The position numbers were made by a program, and so were the translations under genes. A stretch of 64,000 bases of DNA from an uncultured archaeon (GTDB taxonomy: Archaea; Asgardarchaeota; Thorarchaeia; Thorarchaeales; Thorarchaeaceae), in the NCBI GenBank assembly GCA_964590575.1, contig CAZPWM010000002.1:1-64000 (forward strand), read 5' to 3'. A model generated the notes under the pieces. The model did no database searches. It was not told the DNA's origin and saw only the letters and a program-made list of their open reading frames with translations. Shown here in pieces: positions 10,793 through 20,074 of the stretch. Within the stretch, counting starts at the first letter, position 1. Each line of letters starts with the position of its first letter.

Positions 10793-11212
10793 ATGCCTCG
10801 GCGTAAGCGACATCGGTTTGTTCACAGAGAACCAACAGTGTCAGTCTACAAACCTGCTGGTATACCAGCCAAGGATCTTGAAGAAATCCTTATTGCAATT
10901 GATGAGTTTGAAGCAATCCGTCTTGCTGATTATGAAGGATTGAATCAGAGAGAAGCATGCACTACTATGAAAATAAGTCAACCAACATTCAACAGAATTC
11001 TTGCTTCAGCCCGACATAAGATTGCACAAGGGATAGTAGAGGGGCAGGTGTTGCGTATTGAAGGTGGTCGCTATGTGCTGGGCGATGGTTCTGGTGGACT
11101 ACAGTGCATTGATTGTAACTATCGACTAGACATGGAAAAGGACAAACGCAACGTATGTCCAAAATGTGGATCGTCGAAACTTCGATGGCAGAGATGGGAT
11201 TCCCCACAGTAA
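10793..11212 (+). CDS. DUF134 (UPF0251) HTH protein with C-terminal Zn ribbon
   Basis: MPRR..R, DEFEAIRLADYEGLNQREA, ISQPTFNRILASARHKIA; CxxC...CPKC. Confidence 0.9.
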   Translation: MPRRKRHRFVHREPTVSVYKPAGIPAKDLEEILIAIDEFEAIRLADYEGLNQREACTTMKISQPTFNRILASARHKIAQGIVEGQVLRIEGGRYVLGDGSGGLQCIDCNYRLDMEKDKRNVCPKCGSSKLRWQRWDSPQ

Positions 11213-11218
11213 TCAGTA

Positions 11219-12091
11219 CTATTGACTCGATTTCACAATACTCTCAACCCTTTTCCACATCTTTTCCAGCATTTTTACTAATTCATGTTCAGGTGAAAAC
11301 TCTGGAAGTGTCGTTCCTGCAACCATAGACTTTGTCATTATTGGGTCGAATGGTAATTTTCCAAGAATCTCTGCATCATTTTCTCTACAGAATTTTTCTA
11401 TAGCCTTTGTATTTTCCAGGTTCAAATCAAACTTGTTGATTATCACGGTAGCTTTAACGCGGAACTTTCCAAGCAGTTCTAGGACTCGTCGCATGTCGTG
11501 AATACCAGACATTGTGGGCTCTGTGACGATAATGCCTAGTTTTATTCCGGTCACAGTGGCAATTACAGGACAGCCAATACCTGGAGATCCATCAATGAGA
11601 ACAGTGGATATTCCATTATCTGTAGCGATTTTTGTGCCTAATCTTCGAACTTCAGTAACTAGTCTTCCAGAATTTCCTTCGCCTGGTAGGAGTTTTGCAT
11701 GAGCCATTCGACCGATTCTAGTGTCCGAATCATAGAGATTACCAGATTGACGTTCTACCATCTGGATGGCATCCTCAGGACAAACATACTCACATACACC
11801 ACAACCCTCACACGAGATAGGATCTACTCTTGAATCAGTAATCGCACTGAATCTGCATGCTTCTTCACAAATTCCACATTCTGTACATAGGTCCTCATCA
11901 ATCACTGCAACTTTTGATGCCACAAATTCAGTTGCTGTCTTTATTGAAGGACTCAGGAGGATATGGAGATCCGGGGCATCAACATCACAATCAGCCATGA
12001 CTACATCCTCAGCAATCACACCTAAGGCTGCACATACAGTTGTTTTTCCAGTACCGCCCTTACCACTGATTACTGCTATCTCATTCACCAT
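11219..12091 (-). CDS. MinD/ParA-superfamily ATPase with inserted 4Fe-4S ferredoxin domain
   Basis: SGKGGTGKT, DCDVDAPDL, two CxxCxxCxxxC motifs. Confidence 0.9.
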   Translation of the reverse strand: MVNEIAVISGKGGTGKTTVCAALGVIAEDVVMADCDVDAPDLHILLSPSIKTATEFVASKVAVIDEDLCTECGICEEACRFSAITDSRVDPISCEGCGVCEYVCPEDAIQMVERQSGNLYDSDTRIGRMAHAKLLPGEGNSGRLVTEVRRLGTKIATDNGISTVLIDGSPGIGCPVIATVTGIKLGIIVTEPTMSGIHDMRRVLELLGKFRVKATVIINKFDLNLENTKAIEKFCRENDAEILGKLPFDPIMTKSMVAGTTLPEFSPEHELVKMLEKMWKRVESIVKSSQ

Positions 12092-12923
12092 TTTGTATCA
12101 ACTCCACAATATGATTAAACAAGTCCTTGAATTGTTGACGCCATTCAGGCATCTCTTCCACAAATGGAATCCCACGAGAATAGAGCTCAGCAATTTGTCT
12201 ATTGAATGGGATCTCTAATAGTAGAGGAACATCGTTCTTTTTGCAGAATTCAGTAACTCCCTCATCACCGATACCAGCCCTATTGATTACCACACCAAAT
12301 GGTATTTTCAGTTCGCGAACTACATCAATTGCCATGGACAAATCATGAAGGCCAAAGGGTGTTGGTTCAGTAACCAAAACTAGGTAGTCGCTCTCCCTCA
12401 TTGTTTCAATAACAGGACAAGCTGTTCCAGGAGGGGCATCAAGGATGTTGATTGCATCAGCCTTGACCTGCTCTTTTACAGCCTTTATTAGAGTAGTCGC
12501 AATTGGTTCCCCGATAGAAAGTTCTCCATAGACCAAATGAGTTTGCCCTATAGATGATTGGTGTATTTTTCCAATTGACCTCTCTACCTCAGTGATTGCA
12601 TCATCTGGACAAACCAATTTGCATCCGCCACAGGAATGACACATTTCTTCGTAGATCATTGTCTTTGTCTTACCCACAAAGATTGCATTGAACTGACAAA
12701 ATTCTGCACACTTGCCGCAAAGAGTACACTTGTCTTGATTGACCAACGGGGTTGGAACGGTCACTGAGGATGTCTGTAGTTTAGTGGGGTGAAGAAGAGT
12801 GTGTACATTTGGTTCTTCAACATCACAATCTAGCAGATTCGTAGCCCCAATTGATAGAGCCATATTCACAGCAACTGTAGTCTTGCCAGTACCACCTTTT
12901 CCAGATGCAACTGTAATAATCAA
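12081..12923 (-). CDS. MinD/ParA-superfamily ATPase with inserted 4Fe-4S ferredoxin domain
   Basis: SGKGGTGKT, DCDVEEPN, two ferredoxin motifs, DAPPGTACP. Confidence 0.9.
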   Translation of the reverse strand: MIITVASGKGGTGKTTVAVNMALSIGATNLLDCDVEEPNVHTLLHPTKLQTSSVTVPTPLVNQDKCTLCGKCAEFCQFNAIFVGKTKTMIYEEMCHSCGGCKLVCPDDAITEVERSIGKIHQSSIGQTHLVYGELSIGEPIATTLIKAVKEQVKADAINILDAPPGTACPVIETMRESDYLVLVTEPTPFGLHDLSMAIDVVRELKIPFGVVINRAGIGDEGVTEFCKKNDVPLLLEIPFNRQIAELYSRGIPFVEEMPEWRQQFKDLFNHIVELIQNGE

Positions 12924-12954
12924 TAAATCACACCCATAATATATTTACCCACAT

Positions 12955-13323
12955 TCATTTGTGGTGGGCGTCAGCACAGCCTTCAGTTAATTCCTCTAAC
13001 GCGTTTTGACGATAGGCTTGAATAATCTCCTGTATGGATTTACTGTTTGCTCTAAGAACTGCAATATTCAGGGCTTGAAAACTCATGATTCCACGAGGTC
13101 CCATTCCCTGGACAATTACAGCACGGGGTTGATACTTCTGGACGTTGATGTGCGCATGACCTCGGCCGCCCGAATGCTCACCTGTATTCGGGTGCACTTT
13201 CATCTCAATTGCAGTTCCATTGTCATCTAGATCAATCACTGCAAAGTAAGGAGCTCTTCCGAAATGTTCAGCGGCTTCAGTACCTTCCCTATCCTCGGTT
13301 GGAATAAGTATTCTAGTCGTCAC
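12955..13323 (-). CDS. NifB/NifX family (MTH1175-like) protein
   Basis: HFGRAPYF and GMGPRG motifs. Confidence 0.85.
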   Translation of the reverse strand: MTTRILIPTEDREGTEAAEHFGRAPYFAVIDLDDNGTAIEMKVHPNTGEHSGGRGHAHINVQKYQPRAVIVQGMGPRGIMSFQALNIAVLRANSKSIQEIIQAYRQNALEELTEGCADAHHK

Positions 13324-13805
13324 CAGTTTTGGCCCCCTCTACGACGGCCTCGTCCGCCACCGCCTCCCCGACCCATACCACGGCCCATTCCCATGCCACC
13401 GCCATAACCCATTCCAAGACCACGACCAGGACCACCTTGACCCTTTCCAACGTTAGCAGGACCAGGAGTAGCTAGCTCCTGGAATCCGTCCTTGCTATAG
13501 GTTTCTATTGCTGACTTGACTGTACCTGAAACGCCAGCAAGTATTCTAATCCCTGCATCCTGAAGTGCAGGAAACGCATTAGGGCCTACACTACCGGTGA
13601 GGACTGCTTCAACATTCTTGGAAGCCACAGTCTGAGCTGCCCTGATTCCTGCACCACCAGAGGCCATTGCAGCCTCATTTGACACAGCCTCAAAGTCATA
13701 TGTTTCAGGGTCTACAATTATGAAGTACGCACACCTACCAAATCGAGGGTCAACCATTGAATCCAATGTTGGCCCTGATGAAGTAACACAGATTCTTGTC
13801 ATCAT
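13320..13805 (-). CDS. NifB/NifX family protein with Gly/Arg-rich tail
   Basis: DPRFGRCAYF, GGAGIRAAQ, GSVGPNA; GMGRG repeats. Confidence 0.9.
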   Translation of the reverse strand: MMTRICVTSSGPTLDSMVDPRFGRCAYFIIVDPETYDFEAVSNEAAMASGGAGIRAAQTVASKNVEAVLTGSVGPNAFPALQDAGIRILAGVSGTVKSAIETYSKDGFQELATPGPANVGKGQGGPGRGLGMGYGGGMGMGRGMGRGGGGGRGRRRGGQNW

Positions 13806-13821
13806 TCACACCTTTTTTAAA

Positions 13822-13858
13822 TGAATCCTGATTCACTATAATATTGAATCTTGATTCA
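13822..13858. promoter_or_regulatory. Two palindromic operator-like sites TGAATC-NN-GATTCA
   Basis: 13822-13835 and 13845-13858, immediately upstream of the NifX operon start. Confidence 0.6.
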
Positions 13859-13913
13859 TATAAAGTCATCGATATATCATCAACTTAATGAGGACTAAAC
13901 TAGAGGTTTCTTT

Positions 13914-14075
13914 ATGACAAAGAGAGTGAATAGCCTGTTTCTGTGCGAAGAATGTGATCTATTGTATCACGAGGAAGAACTCGCACAGAAATGTGAAGAT
14001 TGGTGTAGGGCGAAGAAGTCTTGCAATCTTGAGATCACGAAACATGCAGTGAACAAGTCCAAACTATCTCTCTAA
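13914..14075 (+). CDS. Small Cys-rich protein (53 aa) absent from the ORF track
   Basis: MTKRVNSLFLCEECDLLYHEEELAQKCEDWCRAKKSCNLEITKHAV...; GAGGT SD upstream; C2H2-like CxxC-x12-C-x3-C pattern. Confidence 0.7.
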   Translation: MTKRVNSLFLCEECDLLYHEEELAQKCEDWCRAKKSCNLEITKHAVNKSKLSL

Positions 14076-14109
14076 CTTCCGAGTCTTACGAATCACTATC
14101 GTGAAATAG

Positions 14110-16125
14110 GTGATTTCACATCTTGGACGGGTTATAGTTTCAGGTTCTAAGCTGATAGGAGCGTGTCCTTTGAAAGAAACCTTTGAGTTTGGTGGCGAGA
14201 TTATCTGGCAGCCATCTTTAGAACAAATACAACAGGCTAACCTTACAAGATTCATGAAACTTTATGGGATAGAAACCTTTGATGAGCTCATGAAACGTTC
14301 AACAGAAGATGTAGCGTGGTTTACAGATGCTCTTCTAAAATATCTTAACATTGAATTTTATGAACCATATGAAAAAGTTGTGGACCTCTCCAAAGGAATT
14401 GCATGGCCACACTGGTGTGTTAACGGGAAGATGAACATTGTTCACAATTGTTTGGACAAATACATGAACACACCTACTGAGAACCAATCAGCATTGATCT
14501 GGGAGGGAGAGGATGGTACGACTCGCACAATGACATATAGTGAATTATACCGAGAGGCAAACAAGACTGCAAACGCGCTTCGTTCAATTGGTTTGGGAGT
14601 TGGAGACCCTATCGGAATCTACATGCCTATGGTTCCTGAAACTGTGGTCGCACTGTTAGCTATAGCCAAAATTGGTGGTATAATCCTTCCATTATTCTCA
14701 GGATTTGGAGTGAGTGCAATCGTTGACCGTTTGGGGGATGCTGATGCTAAGGCAATATTCACAGTTGATGGGTCTGCCCGCAGAGGTAAGATTATTCCAA
14801 TGAAACCAATTGCAGATGAGGTTGCCACTAGTATTCCATCACTGAAACATATGATTGTCTTGAATTTAACAGGAACATCAATTGAAATGAAACCCGGCCG
14901 GGACCATTGGTGGGACGAACTCATCTCTGGTCAATCAGAATCTGCAGAAACGGAGATCACCGATGCTGAATCACCAATGATGATAATCTATACATCTGGC
15001 ACCACTGGACTTGCTAAGGGCGCTGTTCACACTCACTGTGGATTTCCTATCAAGGCAGCTCAGGACATGTCATTTGGTACTGACTTACATCCTGGTGAAA
15101 TAATATGGTGGAATTCTGACCTAGGCTGGATGATGGGCCCGTGGTTAATATTTGGAGCATTGATTCTAGGAGGTACTTTCTTTATTTTAGATGGCGCCCC
15201 TGATTATCCTGGACCCGGCCGTCTATGGGAGATAGTTGAGAAACACAAGGTGTCGATATTGGGTGTATCACCTACTCTAATTCGACTCCTGATGACCCAT
15301 GGCGAAGGCCCGGTCAAACCACATGATTTGTCTTCACTCCGTTACTTTGCTTCAACGGGTGAGCCATGGAATCCTGATCCTTGGATGTGGCTTTTTGAAA
15401 AAGTTGGGAAGAAAAGGGTCCCAATCATTAACTATTCAGGTGGGACAGAAATCTCAGGAGGCATTGTCATGGGCAATCCTCTATTACCCCTCAAGGCTTG
15501 TGCATTCTCTGGTCCATGTCCAGGAATCGATGCTGATGTGTTCGATGAGGATGGCAAACCTATTCGAAATAAGGTAGGAGAACTGGTCATCAAATCTCCG
15601 TGGATAGGGATGACACGGGGATTTTGGAAAAACTCCGAACGATATGAAAATACATACTGGTCTCGTTGGAAGAATACGTGGGTCCACGGTGACTTTGCAG
15701 CGATTGACTCGGATGGACTCTGGTATATACTCGGTCGCTCTGATGACATCATTAAGGTCGCAGGCAAGCGATTCGGACCTGCGGAAGCAGAATCAGTCCT
15801 AGTCAGCCATCCTGCAGTTGCTGAAGCTGCAACAATAGGTGTTCCGCACAAGATAAAGCTCAATGAACTAGTTGTTTTCTGTGTACTTGTCCCAGGGGTT
15901 GAACCATCAGAGCTATTGAGAGAAGAACTGAAACAGTCAGTAGCCACGGCAATGGGAAAACCACTAACACCTAGAGCAGTCCTGTTCGTTTCTGACTTGC
16001 CTAAAACTAGGAATGCAAAGGTGATGCGTAGAATGATTCGTGCAGCTTACTTAGGAGAAGACCCGGGGGATACTTCCTCATTGGTCAACCCTGAGGCAGT
16101 AGATGAGATAAAAAATGCAAAATAG
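14110..16125 (+). CDS. AMP-forming acyl-CoA (acetyl-CoA) synthetase; start probably near TTG 14170
   Basis: YTSGTTGLAKG, GEPWNP, GRSDD, LPKTRNAK motifs. Confidence 0.9.
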   Translation: MISHLGRVIVSGSKLIGACPLKETFEFGGEIIWQPSLEQIQQANLTRFMKLYGIETFDELMKRSTEDVAWFTDALLKYLNIEFYEPYEKVVDLSKGIAWPHWCVNGKMNIVHNCLDKYMNTPTENQSALIWEGEDGTTRTMTYSELYREANKTANALRSIGLGVGDPIGIYMPMVPETVVALLAIAKIGGIILPLFSGFGVSAIVDRLGDADAKAIFTVDGSARRGKIIPMKPIADEVATSIPSLKHMIVLNLTGTSIEMKPGRDHWWDELISGQSESAETEITDAESPMMIIYTSGTTGLAKGAVHTHCGFPIKAAQDMSFGTDLHPGEIIWWNSDLGWMMGPWLIFGALILGGTFFILDGAPDYPGPGRLWEIVEKHKVSILGVSPTLIRLLMTHGEGPVKPHDLSSLRYFASTGEPWNPDPWMWLFEKVGKKRVPIINYSGGTEISGGIVMGNPLLPLKACAFSGPCPGIDADVFDEDGKPIRNKVGELVIKSPWIGMTRGFWKNSERYENTYWSRWKNTWVHGDFAAIDSDGLWYILGRSDDIIKVAGKRFGPAEAESVLVSHPAVAEAATIGVPHKIKLNELVVFCVLVPGVEPSELLREELKQSVATAMGKPLTPRAVLFVSDLPKTRNAKVMRRMIRAAYLGEDPGDTSSLVNPEAVDEIKNAK

Positions 16126-16150
16126 AGCTTATGATAAAAAGAAAGAAGAA

Positions 16151-16182
16151 GACCGGGGAGTCCCGAAAGACTTCTCCCGATC
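16151..16182. terminator. Hairpin between convergent genes
   Basis: GACCGGGGAGTC-CCGAAA-GACTTCTCCCGATC, with a T-rich run following on the minus strand. Confidence 0.5.
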
Positions 16183-16190
16183 TTTTGATA

Positions 16191-16256
16191 TTATTTCTTC
16201 TTTTTCTTAGCTGGTGCTTCAGTCTTTGTTTTCTTTGCTGGTTTCTTCTTTGCCAT
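16191..16256 (-). CDS. Lys-rich micropeptide MAKKKPAKKTKTEAPAKKKKK (21 aa)
   Basis: ATG...TAA on the minus strand followed by hairpin and T-tract; composition strongly non-random. Confidence 0.55.
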   Translation of the reverse strand: MAKKKPAKKTKTEAPAKKKKK

Positions 16257-16323
16257 AGCAATCATATCCTGTTTGGGGTCGGATTGAACGAATTGCTATC
16301 AAGAAAGATTAAACGACTTGGAC

Positions 16324-16404
16324 TCACCAATCGTCACTATCGTCGTCGTCTTCCCAGTCATCGTCGCCATCTTCAGCCCATACATCGTCATCATCGAAGT
16401 GCAT
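16324..16404 (-). CDS. Acidic Trp-containing micropeptide MHFDDDDVWAEDGDDDWEDDDDSDDW (26 aa)
   Basis: GAGGTG SD upstream; paralog at 21441-21518. Confidence 0.7.
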   Translation of the reverse strand: MHFDDDDVWAEDGDDDWEDDDDSDDW

Positions 16405-16670
16405 TGATGCCACCTCACGCTCGTGTCACACGAATCAAGTGTAAAAGATGTCTAATATTTTTTATAACACTCATATTACTTTAAATACTCTAAAAGGGCC
16501 TATTAATCCTTTAAAAAATAAATATGATTATATCAAAAGAAAATACATTGATATGGGTATTTAAATACGCTAGACAAAGATATTAACGAATATGATAGTC
16601 GCGTAGATGTGTCACCTATGACATTGGAATTAATTCTGCCGCTGTATAAAGGACAATTGTGTAGCTCACG

Positions 16671-17510
16671 ATGACCGAAGCAAGTATAGATGAAATCGCT
16701 CTGGCAAAACCCAAACTCAAGAGTGATTCCAGACTAGTCATTTTACTCGGGTTACCTGAGGGTATCAAGGATACCTCTAAGAAACTAATGTCTCTCGCTG
16801 GTGTTGAGAAGGTTCGAAGAGGTCTGTTTATCGTTCAAGGATATTCAGAGAGTCATGAAGCGATTCTTCAATCCCAATCGTTTGTTTCATTCATCAAGAC
16901 TCGCGAGATACCCAAAACTCGGAAAAGACTTGAGGATGAATATTCGGATCGAGTATTTTCAGTAGTTTCATTCTCCTATAGCAACCCAACGGCACAACAA
17001 AAGAAGCGTGTTGAACGACTTATCAAGAAAACAACAGGCATCAGATTAAGACCTGGATTGATTCTCTTTCCACTTCTCAGGGCTAAGGAACAAAGAAGAG
17101 TTCTGGGATCAGAAGATGAACGAATATTGATTGATTCAAATGATTTCAGCAGACTGATTCGTGAGAATGGAGGCATTGCTTTACGCTGGACACGTCTTAG
17201 GATTATTAACTTGGATGGCGCCAATCATCTCAAACATGCATTTGAGCAGACACTTTCTAGAGACCTGACTCCGTTAGAGGAAAAGATACGTGTCCTTCGT
17301 GAGATGAGTAGAGACGTTGCTATTCCACTTATGAATGTGAAGAAGAACTATACAGTATTATCACATAGTTTTAGAGAATTGAAAACCAAATGGATGACAG
17401 CCAGACAACTATGGTTCTATGATGCAGAAAAAGATCTCAAGCGGACCTATAATATGCTGATTAATACCAGACGTGCAATTGTTTCTGAAGAGATTCGAAG
17501 GGGACAATGA
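16671..17510 (+). CDS. Hypothetical basic protein, possibly with ChrB-N/PaaX-like ferredoxin-fold domains
   Basis: 279-aa ORF; VVSFSYSNPTAQQKKRVERLIKKTTGIRLRPGLILFP resembles the ChrB_N pattern (weak). Confidence 0.5.
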   Translation: MTEASIDEIALAKPKLKSDSRLVILLGLPEGIKDTSKKLMSLAGVEKVRRGLFIVQGYSESHEAILQSQSFVSFIKTREIPKTRKRLEDEYSDRVFSVVSFSYSNPTAQQKKRVERLIKKTTGIRLRPGLILFPLLRAKEQRRVLGSEDERILIDSNDFSRLIRENGGIALRWTRLRIINLDGANHLKHAFEQTLSRDLTPLEEKIRVLREMSRDVAIPLMNVKKNYTVLSHSFRELKTKWMTARQLWFYDAEKDLKRTYNMLINTRRAIVSEEIRRGQ

Positions 17511-17532
17511 ACTCCTTATTTCTGATATTCAC

Positions 17533-19542
17533 CTATGAATCACAGTTATAGCATCCTGTATACAGGACCTGAACTCCGCCTAGACACCCATCCCTGAACA
17601 CAGTCGTTCCCTTGAGTTGAAGCTTATCGGCCAACAAGAATATTTGTTCAACATCCTCAGTTGTGGCACTATTAGGTAGATTTGTGGTCTTACTGACTGC
17701 ATTGTCAGTATGTTTCTGAAAGGCGGCCTGCATCCTAAGATGCCACTCGGGATCTATCTCTTGTGCTGCTTTGAATACCTGTTTGACATCATCGGGTACT
17801 CCATCTATATGTTGCACTGAACCTGTTCTTGCTACTTCATGCTCAATATTATCATTCCAGAATCCTCTCTCCACGGCTACCTTCTCAAAAAGCGGACTAA
17901 CCTCACTAAGATGGATTCCTTCGGCAAGCATCCTGCTATGGGCTATTGCAAAAAGTGGTTCGATACCACTGCTGGTCTGCGCGATTAGACTGATGCTGCC
18001 CGTTGGTGCAATAGTGATTAGAGACGCATTTCGTTTCCATTTGTTTCGTTTCTTCAACAAAGCAAAATTCTCAAAATTCCCTCTGATTTTTGCTAGGTCA
18101 GCTGATGCACGTTCAGCTTTCCGTCGAATGAATGCAATAACCTCTTCAGCCTTTTCCAGTCCCTTGACAGAGTCATAGGCGATTCCTAGTTCTATTAGGA
18201 ACTCCGCAAAACCCATGATACCGAGTCCAATCTTCCTATTAGCCTTGGTTCCGTATTCAATCTCCTTGACCGGATACACATTGAGGTCTATGATATTATC
18301 TAGAAAACGAACTGCGAGTCTGACAACCTCTTCGAGCCTAGGCCAATTGATATCACCATCGAGAACCATTTTTGAGAGGTTGATGCTTCCCAATACGCAT
18401 GATTCATAGGGCAACAAGGGCATTTCGCCACACGGGTTAGTTGATTCTATAAGATCTCCATTCAGCGGATGTTCCTCATTCATTCGGTCAATGAATACAA
18501 GACCTGGATCTCCAGTACTCCATGCGTTGTGCACGATTGCATCAAAAACTGCTCTTGCACTTATATTTTGAATCAACTCATTGGTGTGAGGTGCTATCAA
18601 ACCAATTTCCTTCTCCTGGTACAAAGCCTCAAGAAACGGCTTTGTAATGGCGACTGAGATGTTGAAGTTCCTGAAAGACGCTTTGTCAGATTTGCACGAA
18701 ATGAACTCCATAATGTCTGGATGATCGCAACGAAGGATGGCCATACTCGCCCCACGCCTCCTGCCTCCTTGTTTAATAATTTCTGTGGCAGTATCATACA
18801 CCTTCATGAATGAAATTGGGCCGCTAGCCACTCCTCCAGTAGTCCCAACTGTGGATCCCGCAGGTCTCAATCTAGAAAAAGAGAATCCTGTACCTCCACC
18901 TGATTTCTGAACAATCGCCATGTGATGGAGTGATGTGAATATTGAATTCATATTATCCTCAATCGGAAGTACAAAGCATGCGCTACACTGGCCAATCTCA
19001 GTTCCTGCATTGAAGAGGGTTGGACTGTTGGGTAGAAACTCGAGGTTTGCCATCATGTAATAGAAGAGGTCATCATATTCTTTCACATCCGCACTCTTGT
19101 CATACTTCTTCTCAATGCTGGCTACTGCTCCAGACACTCTACGAAATAGTTGTGATGGAGTTTCAGTTGGATTACCCTCCTCATCCTTCAGAAGGTATCT
19201 TGATAGCACAGTTGCTGCGTTTGGACCAAACTTGAGATCATCTACAACCCCCATCATCTGGAGAATTCTACGAGCCTCATGGTGTTTCTCACGATGCTTC
19301 ATATAGCGTCGAGCAATATCTGTGAAACCACGTAGCATTAGCGTGTCTTCAACAATGTCCTGAATCTCCTCGATGTGGATGACGTTTCGTTCTTGTTCAC
19401 GAATTATTTGAACAACTTCTTTTGTCAGTCCTCGGACAGGACCTGTATCTGCACTGATTGATTCGAATGCTTTCGTGATAGCAGCCTCTATCTTGGAATC
19501 ATCAAAATCCACTACTCTCTTATCTCGCTTCTCAACTTTCAA
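17533..19542 (-). CDS. nrdJ: Class II (adenosylcobalamin) ribonucleotide reductase with N-terminal ATP cone
   Basis: ATP cone VEKRD; PNSPTLFNAG, SACFV, NPCGE, IAPTGSIS, C-terminal CxxC. Confidence 0.92.
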   Translation of the reverse strand: MKVEKRDKRVVDFDDSKIEAAITKAFESISADTGPVRGLTKEVVQIIREQERNVIHIEEIQDIVEDTLMLRGFTDIARRYMKHREKHHEARRILQMMGVVDDLKFGPNAATVLSRYLLKDEEGNPTETPSQLFRRVSGAVASIEKKYDKSADVKEYDDLFYYMMANLEFLPNSPTLFNAGTEIGQCSACFVLPIEDNMNSIFTSLHHMAIVQKSGGGTGFSFSRLRPAGSTVGTTGGVASGPISFMKVYDTATEIIKQGGRRRGASMAILRCDHPDIMEFISCKSDKASFRNFNISVAITKPFLEALYQEKEIGLIAPHTNELIQNISARAVFDAIVHNAWSTGDPGLVFIDRMNEEHPLNGDLIESTNPCGEMPLLPYESCVLGSINLSKMVLDGDINWPRLEEVVRLAVRFLDNIIDLNVYPVKEIEYGTKANRKIGLGIMGFAEFLIELGIAYDSVKGLEKAEEVIAFIRRKAERASADLAKIRGNFENFALLKKRNKWKRNASLITIAPTGSISLIAQTSSGIEPLFAIAHSRMLAEGIHLSEVSPLFEKVAVERGFWNDNIEHEVARTGSVQHIDGVPDDVKQVFKAAQEIDPEWHLRMQAAFQKHTDNAVSKTTNLPNSATTEDVEQIFLLADKLQLKGTTVFRDGCLGGVQVLYTGCYNCDS

Positions 19543-19615
19543 CGTAGTTTCTCCTCACTGGCGGACTCTCTCACAAGTTGAAATGACTAATAGGCTATAA
19601 GCACCCCTTCTATAT

Positions 19616-20035
19616 TTGACTTTACCAATGAGATTATGGAGTATTCATCCGAAGTATCTTGACACAAAGGGCTTAGTAGCCCTATGGAGAGAGTCCCTGC
19701 TTGCCCAGAAGGTGCTTCAAGGTAAAACTAAGGGATATAGATACCATCCTCAATTGGATCGGTTCAAGAAGACAGAGAATCCGATTGCATCAATTGGAAT
19801 GTACTTGTATCACGTTTATCTAGAGAGTAAGGAGAGGAATTACCATTTCCAGTTCTCAAAGATTGATACCATCGAGGATGTTCCTAGAATTAAAATATCG
19901 AATAATCTATTAAAATCTGAATTCCAACATCTTCTAAGAAAATTGGAATTGCGAAACATAGAGAGATACAAACGGTATCTCGTGATTGACAAAATAATTC
20001 CTCATCCATCTTTTGAAGTATCCTCTAGTAAGTAG
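19616..20035 (+). CDS. Pyrimidine dimer DNA glycosylase / T4 endonuclease V-like protein
   Basis: MRLWSIHPKYLDTKGLVALWRESLLAQKVLQGKTKGYRYHPQLDRF signature. Confidence 0.85.
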   Translation: MTLPMRLWSIHPKYLDTKGLVALWRESLLAQKVLQGKTKGYRYHPQLDRFKKTENPIASIGMYLYHVYLESKERNYHFQFSKIDTIEDVPRIKISNNLLKSEFQHLLRKLELRNIERYKRYLVIDKIIPHPSFEVSSSK

Positions 20036-20074
20036 TTGTTGTGCTACTGATTCTTTCTGTATCTACTCATTTTA

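Noticed and set aside
12955-13805. Nitrogen fixation inferred from NifB/NifX-family genes
   Set aside because: MTH1175-like proteins in the DUF134/MinD-FeS cluster occur widely without nitrogenase, and no nifHDK is present in the window
16131-16484. 117-aa plus-strand ORF rich in Arg/His/Phe
   Set aside because: Antisense shadow of the two minus-strand micropeptides
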